NCBI GenBank assembly: GCA_012295275.1
Contig: CM022679.1
Location: 22,816,001 to 22,880,000, forward strand
Source: Chrysomallon squamiferum
Lineage: Eukaryota; Animalia; Mollusca
DNA: 64,000 bases
Direction: 5' to 3'
This document shows positions 29,174 through 64,000 of this stretch, piece after piece (within the stretch, counting starts at the first letter, position 1; the number at the start of each line of letters is the position of its first letter). Both the position numbers and the translations under genes were made by a program. The notes beneath the pieces were generated by a model. The model was not told where the DNA came from and did no database searches. It saw only the letters and a list, made by a program, of their open reading frames with translations.

Positions 29174-29478
29174 TAAATAAGTCGATTATTACTTTTAATT
29201 TGCACTGGTCTATTTATTTAATTATAATTATGTTATTTTATTATCAGATAACTGTTGTTTTTGTTTTTTGACAACTGGCACGTACGTAAGTACATCTTGT
29301 AAATTTGTTGTCGAGTAGACGTTCTGAGATAACTGTAGGTTTGTCTTATTATCTAGGTCAACGTATTTGTTTTATGTACAGAAAGGATAATCCCGTTCTA
29401 AAAATAGAAACAAAAGCTGCGCGGAACGTCACCGTTTTGGACAGAAAACCTGAGGGAAACACCGTAGTATTCATAAAT

Positions 29479-49112
<19,634 letters not shown>

Positions 49113-50404
49113 CACTGATGGAACAAAAAATGTCAGCACTGGTGCTGTTTGACAAAAATGATTGTTACCGTCTGTTGATTCATTTTAATTTGACTTTAGT
49201 AGCACGCTGTTGGAAGAATTTATATACTTTATGGGAACGTAATGTTAGCTATATGTGATTCATTTTGAATCTTATTTTTATTGACATAGGGTTACTATTT
49301 TGTTATTCATATTCAAATTAATATCATTATTATTTTTTTTTTTTTTTTTTTTTTCTTGTGACAGTGTTGGCAGAATTTAGATACCGTTTGGTAAAGAAAT
49401 GTTAGTATTAGTTTTTTACTGAAAAAAATTGAAATACTATTTGAGACACCAATACTAAGAGCCTAATTATTCATTTAAATCTTATTTTACTGAGACTACT
49501 GGCTAATTTTAAAAATTGAAAAAATATTAGTGTGGTTTTAACATATACCTATATATTTTTACCATAAAGGATTTCAGTTCCACTGAAAAGCATTTGAATA
49601 TAACAATAATGCATTACAAATGTATATACATAAAATTATGCAATAATCTGATAATATTGTCTGAACACAAAAGCTTAGATCAATGTCATCTGTCAAAAAA
49701 ACCACCTTTGATATTATGATTTATTCATGATCAGATCTATTAATAAGAGTGCTTGTGAAAGAAACTGCTCAGAAAACTTCCCTATTGCTACTGCAGAATT
49801 TGGACAGGTTAGTAGCGTTAGTTTATTTCTCATCATGTCACTTGTTGGTGAATATATTTTTTCTTATTATTTTATAAATGTTTAATAAATCTTTATTTTG
49901 AAGATATGCTTATTTCTTGTATAAAAGCATTATTTTGATCAAAAAGAACCTAAAAGTATCACAAAACATAATATATATATAGGTTAAGTTTCTTTTTCAT
50001 TTATTTATTTTATATTTTTATTATTATTATTTCTTTTAAAAGCTAATGTTATAAATTAATTTAATTTTCTTACAAATTTAAAAAAATTAAAGCATACTAA
50101 TATTTTAGGTTTAGAGAACAGTTTACATGGGATTCTTCTTCTTATTATTATTATTATTTTACTTTTACAAATATTTTATTACATCAGTATATATATGTTC
50201 GTAAATTGTAATTAAATAAATATACAAGTTTGTTGATGATAAAATAGAAATTATTTATTTTAAATATGAATATGGAAATGCTATTCAAATATATTAATAA
50301 ATTTATGCAAAATTCATTTCATATAGATATGATATTAAGTAGGAAGTACAAAACTGTTAATATGAATTTTTATATCTCTGTACATCCACATATTGACACT
50401 TGAT

Positions 50405-51575
50405 AGGATCATTCCGTGCAACTCAACCAAAGTTTCCCAGGTGACCATCTCCATTTCATAAAATTTTACTCATTTGTGCATCCATATAAATGATGAAGAT
50501 ATGCAAAATTTTGGGACAAAACTCTTATTAGTTTTGAAATTATGATTGATCAAATGTATGGCCCGTCGCCCCATTTGTGGCACTCGCGAATATGTCAAGA
50601 TGTTTTGGGCTATTTTTGAAAGCTAATAACTATTTATCATAAGAGCTGAAATTTGTTATTTTACATATTTCATATCTGAAAAATCTAAAAATGGTTTCAT
50701 TTTGTACGTGTTTGTGATAGATTTTGATTAGGAGACATCCAAATTGGAGTTTTTTTTTAATCATTTGAATCATATTTTTTTCATATTTTGGAGGTTTATT
50801 ACTTTATGATTACTTGTCATAGATACAAATAGTTGATTGTTTTGAAGTTGATATGTATAAATGTTTCTTTTTGGGAAAGATTATCTGAATCCAGTAAAAT
50901 ATTAATATGTGGTTAGAACAAAGTTGAGAAAAAATTACAAATGGCAAAAAATATGACCATATGAGCAATTACCTAGCATATTTTTTTAATATGATTAACT
51001 GTTATCTATTTGCTATAAGTGTGCAACATTTTGACTCTGTGACTCAACTCCTTGACAGGTAATCCATGCTTCAAAGAACAAGAACAAGCATGCATCCTTC
51101 TGTTGCACCCCATATTGAAGTATTGAGATATTTTAATCACACATATTGTTTTTAATCTGAATGTCATCCTAGCTATAAGTTAGTGTTAATGTCACAGTAG
51201 TTTTTAAAAACTGCAATATTTGTTGAACCATTATTGTACACCATGAAGCAAATCATTCTGAATCAAAAATATTATTGGTAGCAATACTTTAGGCAGAGCT
51301 GAATTTTGCTTGCAGAATACCAAAAATTTACATATAAGGACATCTAGCCATGTTAAAGCTGTCACAAACAATTGTTTAGTTAAATGTGATATCTTCATTA
51401 CATCTATCAACAAAAGACAATTACATTTAAGGAAATACTGCATATATGATAGGCTGACAAGGACAATTATATGAAAACTTCAGTAAGTAAATGAATTAAT
51501 TAAACCCTCCAGAACCAAACCCTCTATAAATCCGAATTGAGATAGTCACCTGAGAAATTTTCTGGAATTTGGTTG
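50405..51575. mobile_element. Non-autonomous TIR DNA transposon remnant (about 1.15 kb)
   Basis: TTTCCCAGGTGACCATCTC (50433-50451) versus GAGATAGTCACCTGAGAAA (51539-51557) is a 17/19 inverted match, with outer CAACCAAA/TTTGGTTG. No transposase ORF. Confidence 0.6.
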
Positions 51576-52277
51576 TATGTCATGTATAATGTATAGAAAT
51601 GCATTTGATTTTATATTCAGAAAAAGTACTTTCTATCTGGTAATTTGTGTGTTAGATATAATAAATCAGTGTGTGTTTATCAGTGTAATTTTATTTTAGC
51701 ACTTTCATTTTAATCTTAATAATTATTGTATCTTGATTTTAAATGATTTATAAATTCTATTATTATTATTATTACATAAATGTCAAAACTCCCAATGGAA
51801 TATGCAATGGTACAAGAAATTGCATTTGAAATTTTATATACATATCATGGAGTTTTGAGTTCTTCTCTTTTATGATTATTTTATTATTCTTATTATTCTT
51901 GCATGTGCCATATTATAATAATGCATTTCTGCTGTTTTAAGTTTACCATTTATTGCAGTGATCTTTTTAACAATGAAATTTTGTCATTCATGTATAAAAT
52001 TATAAATTATTATAATGGCAGTGATATCTTTTGTTCAAACTTGAAATTATAGCTGATTCAAACATTAGTACATAATCATATTGAAAATAAATTCATTTAT
52101 ACATAAGCAGAGAGAAAGTAAACCAACAAATTCAATATAATTACCAATATGCACATTCCAATTCATAAAATCATTAAGTACAAAATAGAAATGTCTCATA
52201 CACATGCACACATACAATAGGGGGGGAACCTCTATAAAGAGAATTAAACAACAGAAAAACATGCAAATAAGTGCATA

Positions 52278-52326
<49 letters not shown>

Positions 52327-54532
52327 TGGTTGTATCTTGAAATTTGAGTCTTCTCTGTAAAACTGTAATATCTTTTACATGGCCAAAAATTTTAAATCTC
52401 ACAATAAAATAAAGAAAATAAATTAATAAAAATAAATTTGCAGATTTTGTTTTTCCCCATTATGTTAGTTGCATAAACAGCAGCAAAACAATAACTTGTA
52501 AAGAAAAAAAATGTATTTATGTAATACATGTGGATGATGTGCAGAACTCGAAACTCATCTAAAATGTATGGTGGACAAAAAACAAATATTCGTATTACAG
52601 CTTTTAAGTGAAGGAAATTGTGCATTTTGGTTAGAAGATCTTTTCATACATTCATTCCTTCTCTCTCCATGGTCATGATTGCATTCCAAACTTGGTAACA
52701 ATTAATTTCATTAGTTTTTTTCAATAGGCATCAAATTAACCAACCAATCAAACAAATCAGTTATTAATAGTAGCTCTAGTGTTTTAACTTATAGAAAAAA
52801 AGGGTTGCACAAATAATATTTGTTGGTCAACTATCTCATAATTTCTTTAACAAGACAGTCACCCCAAAAGGAACTTTAGTTGCCTTTGGTGGCCTGGGGA
52901 TTGGCCATTGCAAGCTCTACATGTGGACCACTAAACTTTTATAATAAACTTTAATAAGAATGTTGTAAGAGAGATTTAAAAAAAAGCTCTCACTAATCTT
53001 TGCCGTGCAATGTATTCTACAAAATGGATTAAACGGTAAAACTAAATATTATGATTATGACAGCTTTGGCTTTACTATAATAACATGAATTTAATAATCA
53101 CAATCAACAAAACAGCTTTAAAATAATTTACAAGTACAAAATAATAATAATAAAAATGTATTGAACAAAACTGATTAATACCATGATAAAGACAACTTTT
53201 CTTTTACTGTAATAAAAATAATTTAACAATCACAGCCAACATAAAATAGCTTTAAATTAATTCTCTAGTTAAAAAATGGTTTAGCTAATCCAGGGGTCAC
53301 CAAACCTTTTAGACTATCAACCCCATTCATGAAACCCTTCATGTTATTCATCCCTAAGAATGTATCAAAAAAAAAAAAATAATAATAATAATAATAATTA
53401 AGTAGATGTTAGTGTGCGAAATTGCATACCAAACCCTGGTTTCCACACACATCAATATCGAAACCTGGATACCAAGCCCTGTGAATATATATGATAATTC
53501 AGTGACCCACTTCTGTTAAGTGATTGCTGGTTGCACAGATAATACATATTCTCCTTTTGTGTGTGCATGTGTGTGTGTGTGTGTGTGTGTGCATATATGT
53601 ATGCATTTCCATTTGAATTAAAACTACCCATGATCTGATTTCCTCAGGACAATACTGAAGTGATCTGCTTTTTTGTGGTGTACCCTGTTTGGTTCTGACA
53701 GATCATTTCCAAATGGACTTAAATACTGTTAGCCTGCTGAAGCCCAAGTAGTTAGTAGATATGTATCTGTTTTGGTGCTGAAATTCATCTTGACATAGCT
53801 TCTTTTCCTTTCCTCTGGGAGAGTCCTCAGCTTAGGGAGATATGTTCAGATGAGGCTGGGATTCTTTCCTTTCTGTGATGGTGGCTTGTGGTTTCTATTC
53901 GTTACTTGATAGGGTATTTCATCAGTACAATGGTTTTTTTACTGATTTATCTGGCAACTTCAAGTAGACTAATACTGAAGTATTAGTGCAGTCACATTTA
54001 TTGCAAAATTTCAACGACATTGAAAATTACAACAGGTATGTTCTGAAATCTGCACAGTGTTAAAGACTGAGTAAGTTGTTGTAAATACTCGAAACCGTGC
54101 TCTACATACAGAGTAGGCCTTTTTCAACCATTTTAAAGACAAGTTTGAGAAGGTGAGAATACTTCAAGAGCAGTACATGTTTGTCTGCTTCACTAATTAA
54201 TCCCCATCATCACTGGTATACATCAAAATGAAGGGCTCATCAGTGGACTGACTTACTTTAACATTTCAGGTTCAAAAACGTTTTCCTGTCCTGACATTTT
54301 GAAGAAAACAATTCAGATGCTGTGTTATTGTGGCATATTTAAATGACTGAGGCACAATACAAAATTTTTGAAAGGGGTCTACAATAGGATTATAGATCAC
54401 AAAAGAATTATCAGTGATAAATGGATTTAGGGATGAATGTTTTCACCTTCTTTTTACAAAAAGAAAACATCAAGATGGAACTAATGACCATATACCCAAA
54501 CACTATATAAAGTAATTGCCACAAATAGAAAA

Positions 54533-54693
54533 CATTCTGCGACGGACATGCCCGCTGACCTGTCAGAAAGCGTGCCCGTCGCAGACGTGCTTCACAACAG
54601 CTTGCTCTGATTAGCACGTTAATTTTTTTCCATTCCATTCCATAGAAAACAAATGTGCTTCAGAACAGCTTGCTCTGATTAGCACGTTAATTT
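54533..54693 (-). mobile_element. GC-rich hairpin-containing dispersed repeat, copy 2
   Basis: Reverse complement of 1372-1530, again with a duplicated CTTGCTCTGATTAGCACGTTAA unit and the hairpin at 54536-54585. Confidence 0.75.
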
Positions 54694-55231
54694 TTTTTTT
54701 ACTTCACTTCAATAGAAAACAGTGCTGTATGTGAAAATAATCACAGAGTTGGGGAAACAAATATTCTCTGACATTGGGATACTCAGCTTAGCATTACAAC
54801 AAGACAGATTTTCATTTCATATCTGAAAATGAAGCTCAGAGTTTTAAAATGTTGCAAGACTACAGTGCTAATGGTGAATAACATAGTCAGTACATTCATC
54901 AAGCATTTATTTAAAAGATAGTTAATAAAGAACATTTATGGTCATTCATTTATGTTAATCCATAAGTTAATCAACCTGACCCCCAACGCATTTATCAACT
55001 CCTTGAATGTGAATTTTAGTTTTAATTTTGTTGTTATATATCTTATCTGTATTGTAATCCTACAGTTTGTGAGAATAAAGTCATAATCCCATGCACCATC
55101 TTTGTCCTGCTCTATATTAAACAAAACTGATTAATGGTAAAATGTCATAGCATGATAAAGACAGCTTAGACAGCTGATAAAGACAGCTGGGAAATATTAA
55201 TACCGTAAAGATTTTACCCAAGCCAAAAAGA

Positions 55232-55288
<57 letters not shown>

Positions 55289-55403
55289 TAATAAATAAAT
55301 AAATAAATATATAAATATTAAAAAAATGGAGAAAAAGAAATCTTGTGACAACTGATTTAAAGGGCAAATAATAATTACTGTATATTATTATTAATACTTT
55401 AAA

Positions 55404-55458
<55 letters not shown>

Positions 55459-56100
55459 TAAAGACAATATAAACGTGATGAGCACTGGGGTGTCGGATAT
55501 ACTCCATGTTGTCCTCCAGTTTATTAAGAGAAAAACAAACTACCAAGGTTTCAGTATCAGTAACTACATAGTAGAATTAATTTCATGATAATAAACCATT
55601 AGAATTCAGAGACCTATCACAAGCAGAAGAAGATAAAATTATTTGTAAAAGAGGGATGATTTATTTGACTATTTCTTTTAAACAAATATTTATATCAAGC
55701 TCAGTTATATGCTTTTAAACTGATGACTGAAACTATTTTGATAAAACAAACAAAACAAAAAACAAGCAAAGAAACCATTGGGAGAGTAAGCTGAAAAATT
55801 ACCCCAGAACATAAAAAAATGTAGTTCATATGAATTAAACTGTGATAAAAATCAAAGATTTTTTTGTTTTTGTTTTGTTTATGGCTGAATATTTCAATGA
55901 CAATTTTGCATTAAATCAACGAGGGACAGATTGATTAGTTTAATTTTATTTCAGTAAGATTAACGGAAGTGATTCTAACCCAGTAATGAATTTAAATTAA
56001 TCATTGTATAGCTGATCTATACGTTAATATGATAGTTATTGTTATTGCATCAGAGGGAATGTCAGTAAATTAATCAAATTTTTTGTTTATGATAATTACA

Positions 56101-56140
<40 letters not shown>

Positions 56141-56460
56141 GTAAACAACTAAAAACAAAATTAATTTCCAATAATGCTATTATTAATGTTCTCAGTTTCA
56201 TTATTTTCTTTAACATAGTAATTTCTAACTCTTTCAGAAACATACTGAAAACAGTTTTCTTTAAGTCTGAATTTTCAGTTGTGTCTAATAACAAACTGCA
56301 GACGAGGTTTTCCAAAAACATGGCTTGTAAGTATCAGCAGAAGAATTAAACAGAACAAAAGAAATTATCATAAACAAATAAATAAATAAATAAATAAATA
56401 ACTAGAATAATAAGAGATAATGCATGAAATATAATGGGATACATATTGAGGGAATAAAAC

Positions 56461-56506
<46 letters not shown>

Positions 56507-56537
56507 AAATTCAAGTTATTATGTATTGTAATTTCAG

Positions 56538-57347
56538 GGTACTGTCAACAGTGTCTGGTGAAGAAACTAATAGAAATAGTTTTCCAAATTAATGCAGGTT
56601 AGTATTATAATTAAAGAGTAGTGTGAAATACAGTTACAAATTGATGTATATTATAATTACAAATTGTGTGTATTACAAATTATAGGTTAGTGAGTATTAT
56701 AATTAAAGGCTGGTGTGTAATATAATTACAGATTGATGTGAATTATAATTATAGGTTACTGTCAACAGTGTGTGATGATGAAAATCCTTGAAATAGTTTA
56801 CCAAATTAATACAGGTTAGTATTGTAATTAAAGAGTAGTGTGTATTATAATTAAAGATTCATGTTTATTATAATTATAGGTTAGTGTGTATTATAATTAA
56901 TGGTTAGTCTATATTATAAATACAAATAAGTGTGTATTATATTTAAATGTTGATATGTATTATAGCTACAAATTAGTGTGTATTATAGCTAATGTAATTA
57001 AAGAGTAGTGTGTATTATAATTAAAGATTCATGTTTATTATAATTATAGGTTAGTGTGTATTATAATTAAAGATTCATATTTATTAATTACAGGTTAGTC
57101 TATATTATAAATACAAATAAGTGTGTATTATATTTAAATGTTAATGTGTATTATAGCTAGAGGTTGATGTGTATTATAATTAAAGGTTAGTTTATATTGT
57201 AATTAAAGTTTAGTATATATTTCAATCTAAAGTTAGTATTATAATTAAAGATCAGTGTATGTTATATTACAGGTGGTTGTCAAGACTGCCATATGAAGGA
57301 AACATCAAACGTTTCTAATCAAGCGACTGGTGTAGATAATGAAAATG
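56538..57347 (+). CDS. Putative symmetric (phase 1-1) CxxC micro-exons, copy A
   Basis: AG..GT-bounded open segments 56538-56597 (GYCQQCLVKKLIEIVFQINA), 56755-56814 (GYCQQCVMMKILEIVYQINT) and 57273-57347 (GGCQDCHMKETSNVSNQATGVDNEN). All are phase-compatible with the exon at 58167. No start exon was identified for this copy. Confidence 0.5.
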
Positions 57348-57506
57348 GTACATATACAAATATATTCAAATTTTAATTGTCATGTGTTAAGATATTTGAA
57401 TCAGCCAATTATTTTATCAAGTCAGTGACAGGATAACAACAAGAACAATTGCAGTAATGCTAACTCTTATAATGATTACAATAAATAATAGTAACAATAT
57501 TAATAA

Positions 57507-57538
<32 letters not shown>

Positions 57539-58166
57539 ATAATAATAATAATAATAGTAATCAAATTCGAACAAAAGTATTAAGTAAATAAATAAATAAA
57601 TAAATATTAGAGAAAATGTTTATCATATCTTTATTAAAAAAAACATGTTTTTTTCTTAAGTTGAAGATGTTGATGCAAAGAAACTGTTTACTGGGGCTTC
57701 TGCAGGATCTCATTCTTTTATCTTTTTACACTCAAAACAAAACTCAGCCCACATCAGAAAGTAAACACTTATTATAATTCAAACAATCTACTTTATTTAT
57801 TATTTTATCTCTATTTTTTTTCCAAACTGTATTTAACATTACAAAATTGAAAGAAACTGTTTAAAGAATTCTAAACAAATAAAATTATTTAATTATTGTT
57901 TATTTATTTATTTATTTATTTATTTGTTTGTTTGTTTCATTAGACCAGTAGAATGCCTAAGTCCTGTTACAGCAATAACTGAATTATAAACAGTTTGGAA
58001 AACTGGACATCGTCCACGTTTTCCCTGTAATAATGATAATGATGATAAATGATGATGATGATGACAATAATAATAATAAATAAATAAATAAATAAATAAA
58101 TAGTTTTTAAATTTTAATTAATAAATTCAAAAAAGGCACTGTTAATTAAACATTGTTTACTCGTAG

Positions 58167-59167
58167 GAGATGATAAAGAAGATGGAGAGACGTCAGAAAT
58201 AAGAACAGTTGACAGTCAGCCATCATGGTGTATGTGTAGCCATTGCCGCGGGATGCCTACAGATGAAGAACAATTTTGTTGTGGACGAAAACCTGCAGAG
58301 TGCAGGTCCACCCAGGTAAAACTATTTGTATGTGAAATGATCTATAAAAGAATCACATGTGTATCATTCCAGGTTTTCATTGGCCCATTTGTTGGTAATA
58401 TCCCCAAATGAGCAACACCGAGGTTAATTATTAACAAAACAAAACACTGGTCTGAGACATGTTGGGTTCCATTGTTGATAATTTTTGCTTACTGAGCTAT
58501 TTATCATTCTAGCCTATCTTCAGTGTCTAGTTTACATTTTCCACTCTGTGAGAAAGTGCATGTGAATAGTATTGTTGTTAAGCAAACATCAAACAGTACC
58601 TTAATGACCAAGTTTTTAATATGTTACATGAAACTAAAAAACTACATAACAAGTTTAGTTATATTCCTGACTGCTGTCAATTCTAAAATTAAAAATATTC
58701 CTCATTAACTGTGCTTATTAATAATATTATTTTGTTTCACTTGCAAATCTAGTTTGTTTTATTCCTGTTATATAAAATATTTTATTTGAGAAATATATTG
58801 GTGTTAAATCCACATTGGTGGCTAGTTGTTTGAACATTTAAGTCTAAAATGTACACTAATTGTTTTGCTATGATTGAATTCTGTCCATGTTAATACATTC
58901 ATCTGTTTTTGATTTCAGAAGGATTTGAATGATATTATCACTGATGTCCTGACTAATTGGAAATGCCCTCCAGCAGACACCAACAAGGGAGAACATTTTA
59001 TAAACGACAGAAAGAGGAGGGAATGCTACAGACAACTGGCTGAGAAAATTCATGGAAAGCTTGGTCCTAAAACACGAAAGCCTCTTCCAGCATGCTGCGT
59101 TTGGAGAGTCAGAGTTCAATTTCCTGATCCCAAAGGAAAATACATGGGTTTCAGAAAAGCAAATTAA
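58167..59167 (+). CDS. P2X7 cytoplasmic-ballast-like Zn-binding Cys domain (P2RX7-like / nanor / Kolobok accessory-type), last two exons
   Basis: Exons 58167-58315 (phase 1 start, phase 0 end) and 58919-59167. ...SWCMCSHCRGMPTDEEQFCCGRKPAECRSTQ|KDLNDIITDVL...RRECYRQLAEKIHGKLGPKTRKPLPACCVWRVRVQFPDPKGKYMGFRKAN*. Matches the WCxCxxC..CC..C and LPxCCxWxxRxxFP..GxYxGF signature of the P2X7 C-terminus. No channel or TM exons seen. Confidence 0.88.
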
Positions 59168-60189
59168 CTTGTGTTTGCAATTGGTTTTTTAACATGTTGA
59201 ACTTAACTCAGTTTGTTTGTTGATTTGTTTTTACATTTATTTCAGTTGTTGCTACTTATTAGATTTGTTTGGTTTATTATTTATTTGTGTTGTTTGCTTT
59301 ATTTATAACTTGTCTGATGCTCATGATTTACATTATTTGTTACATTTTATTTTAAATAGTTATATATGATTAGTTTTATTTTAACATATTTTTAATTTAT
59401 TGTTTTAGTTTCTCTAACAATTTAAGAGATTTTACAAAAATGTATTAAGTCACCTTGGACTGTGATAGATTTCACATCAGTATTGTAACATTTACAATAC
59501 TTACAGTTAATTCCAAAAATATACAAACAACTAATTACAACTGTGATATGAACTACAGATATTCTTTTTTTTTTTTTTTTAATTTTTTATATATATATAT
59601 ATAAATATATATATATATATTGATAATAATATTGCTCAGTTAGTTGTATTATATGTGATTCGAAAAATATATATATATATTTTTATTGTTTTTTCCATAT
59701 ATATACTGATACTGGTACTGGGTAGTACGTGCACATGTAGGTGTACAGATAATTGCTCACTGGACAATATCTCATCTAGAAAGTGAGGAATAGGACAACT
59801 ATTGCTCATTACAACTGCTGAAACAGAGAAATGCCTCTCTGTGGCTATGTTGGATAAAAGCTATGCAACATCTCACCCAAACCTTCTGTTCTTTATGGAT
59901 GTGTTGTATAGTATGTTTAAAAAATAAAATTTTTAAAAAATTAGTTTTTGCTCAAATTTAATCTTATTCAATGTGATCTCTGTGTTTATGTGTGTAGATG
60001 TTTCAGGACAAAACTAAACAGGTTGCCTAACATGGAGTGCAGTTTACTGTTGGTAATTACTTTATTTGCATATTTGTATTGATAATTTGATCTTAAACCT
60101 GAACCTCTTGGTGTTTATATGTTTGTATTCTAATATTATGCAAATAATTAATAAAAAGTGTAAAAAAAACCTTATTTTTATAATTATAT

Positions 60190-60880
60190 TTTATTGAATG
60201 TTGACCTGTGTTTTGACCTTAATGCATAATAGGCCTCCAGTGAACTTGAAACAGTCAAAAATGGCCTTTGCCTTGACCTTGCATGATTCGACCTTTAACA
60301 TATTCCAGATTATCAGGCATATTTGAAAACTCAACATCACTGAAATTGGTCAACTACTTCTAGACAATGCCATTTTCTGTATTTTCCACGAATGACAACT
60401 GACGCCCTCCATCTTGGATTTGTGCCTTACTGATTTCTAAACATTGTTATGCTGTCATTTTTTTTTTTTTTTTTTATTATTTTTTTTTTTTACAATTCAC
60501 GAATTTCCAACCTCAAAAAGTTCCCTTAACTTACTCTATGCAAATATCAGTTTCTATTTTTTTAGAGTAATTTCTTATAAAGATGGAACTGAAAATACAG
60601 CGAAACAAGAAAATGGCGCTGGACAAATTGCAGCCTGCGTCTATTTTTAGACTGCACTGTAATCAGTAGCTCCGCCCATACGCTTGACGCTACGAAATTC
60701 TGACACTCTGTTTATATATCGCAGAATAAATCGCCACTTGCATTTTTTCCCCCACAATTTAAGTTATGAAATATTGGAAAACAAAAAGGAGAAACAGTTT
60801 ATTGTTATACTGTCCGAGGAGCTTCGTGACAGACAGACAATGGAGGCAGAAGGAGAAGCTGAACTCACATACCCATAATA
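60190..60880. mobile_element. Possible non-autonomous element (TGACCT-rich, GACA-repeat end; Helentron/HINE-like) between the duplicate copies
   Basis: Clustered TTGACCT/GGTCAA motifs at 60200-60352, a CpG-rich core at 60600-60740 and GACAGACAGAC near 60828. Family assignment is from general resemblance only. Confidence 0.35.
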
Positions 60881-61177
60881 TTAGTGTGTGCAACGTTTGC
60901 CTTTTCCCTGGTTTCTATTACAAACCACTTTATACCATGATAAAGACAGCTTAGGCTTTACTGTAATAAAAATAAAGTAAAAATCACAACCAAAGTAAGA
61001 TAGCTTAAACATGATTCATGAGTTTAACAACAACAACAACAATAACAACGTGTTGTGCATGTCGGAGTCAGATATACGCCATTTTGCCTGTGAGTTTATT
61101 TTTAGAAAATGTTTTTTCCAGGTTTCAGTTTTAATTTCCTGATAATAATCCATTAGAATTCTGCGGTAGAAAATAAC

Positions 61178-63989
<2,812 letters not shown>

Positions 63990-64000
63990 GTAAACATTTA

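Noticed and set aside
57944-58030. Unique-looking segment between the 57661 and 58167 exons as an extra exon
   Set aside because: All three plus frames contain stops. The minus frame is open briefly but has no convincing donor or partner exon.
58167-59167. Calling this a P2X7 receptor (P2RX7) or an intact Kolobok transposon
   Set aside because: Only the ballast-like domain is present, with no TM or ectodomain exons. No DDE transposase ORF or matching TTAA-flanked TIR pair was found.

Overview
Very AT-rich, microsatellite-dense eukaryotic (animal) genomic DNA with spliced genes. Most entries in the ORF track are microsatellite artefacts. Degenerate Nin-type SINEs and TGACCT/GGGNNATAACTC-rich repeats suggest a mollusc, probably a gastropod (inference from recalled motifs, no search run). 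Four complete genes could be spliced by hand with consistent phases: a divergent UBE2D-type E2 (minus, 6 exons, 150 aa); an unnamed secreted protein of about 1018 aa (signal peptide, LamG-like domain split by a basic insert, Thr/Ser 20-aa repeats, second LamG-like domain, PAN/apple-like domain); CISD2 (3 exons, 130 aa); and an ETNPPL/PHYKPL-family class-III aminotransferase (11 exons, 496 aa, one GC-AG intron). The last 9 kb hold a tandemly duplicated, apparently fast-evolving gene. It joins an array of 60-75 nt symmetric CxxC micro-exons, embedded in AG|GT-containing minisatellites, to a stand-alone P2X7-ballast-like Zn-Cys domain. Other notable signals are an intron built from 21-bp copies of its own 5' splice site (in-frame alternative donors) and a vertebrate-like head-to-head UBE2D-CISD2 pair interrupted by a lineage-specific gene.
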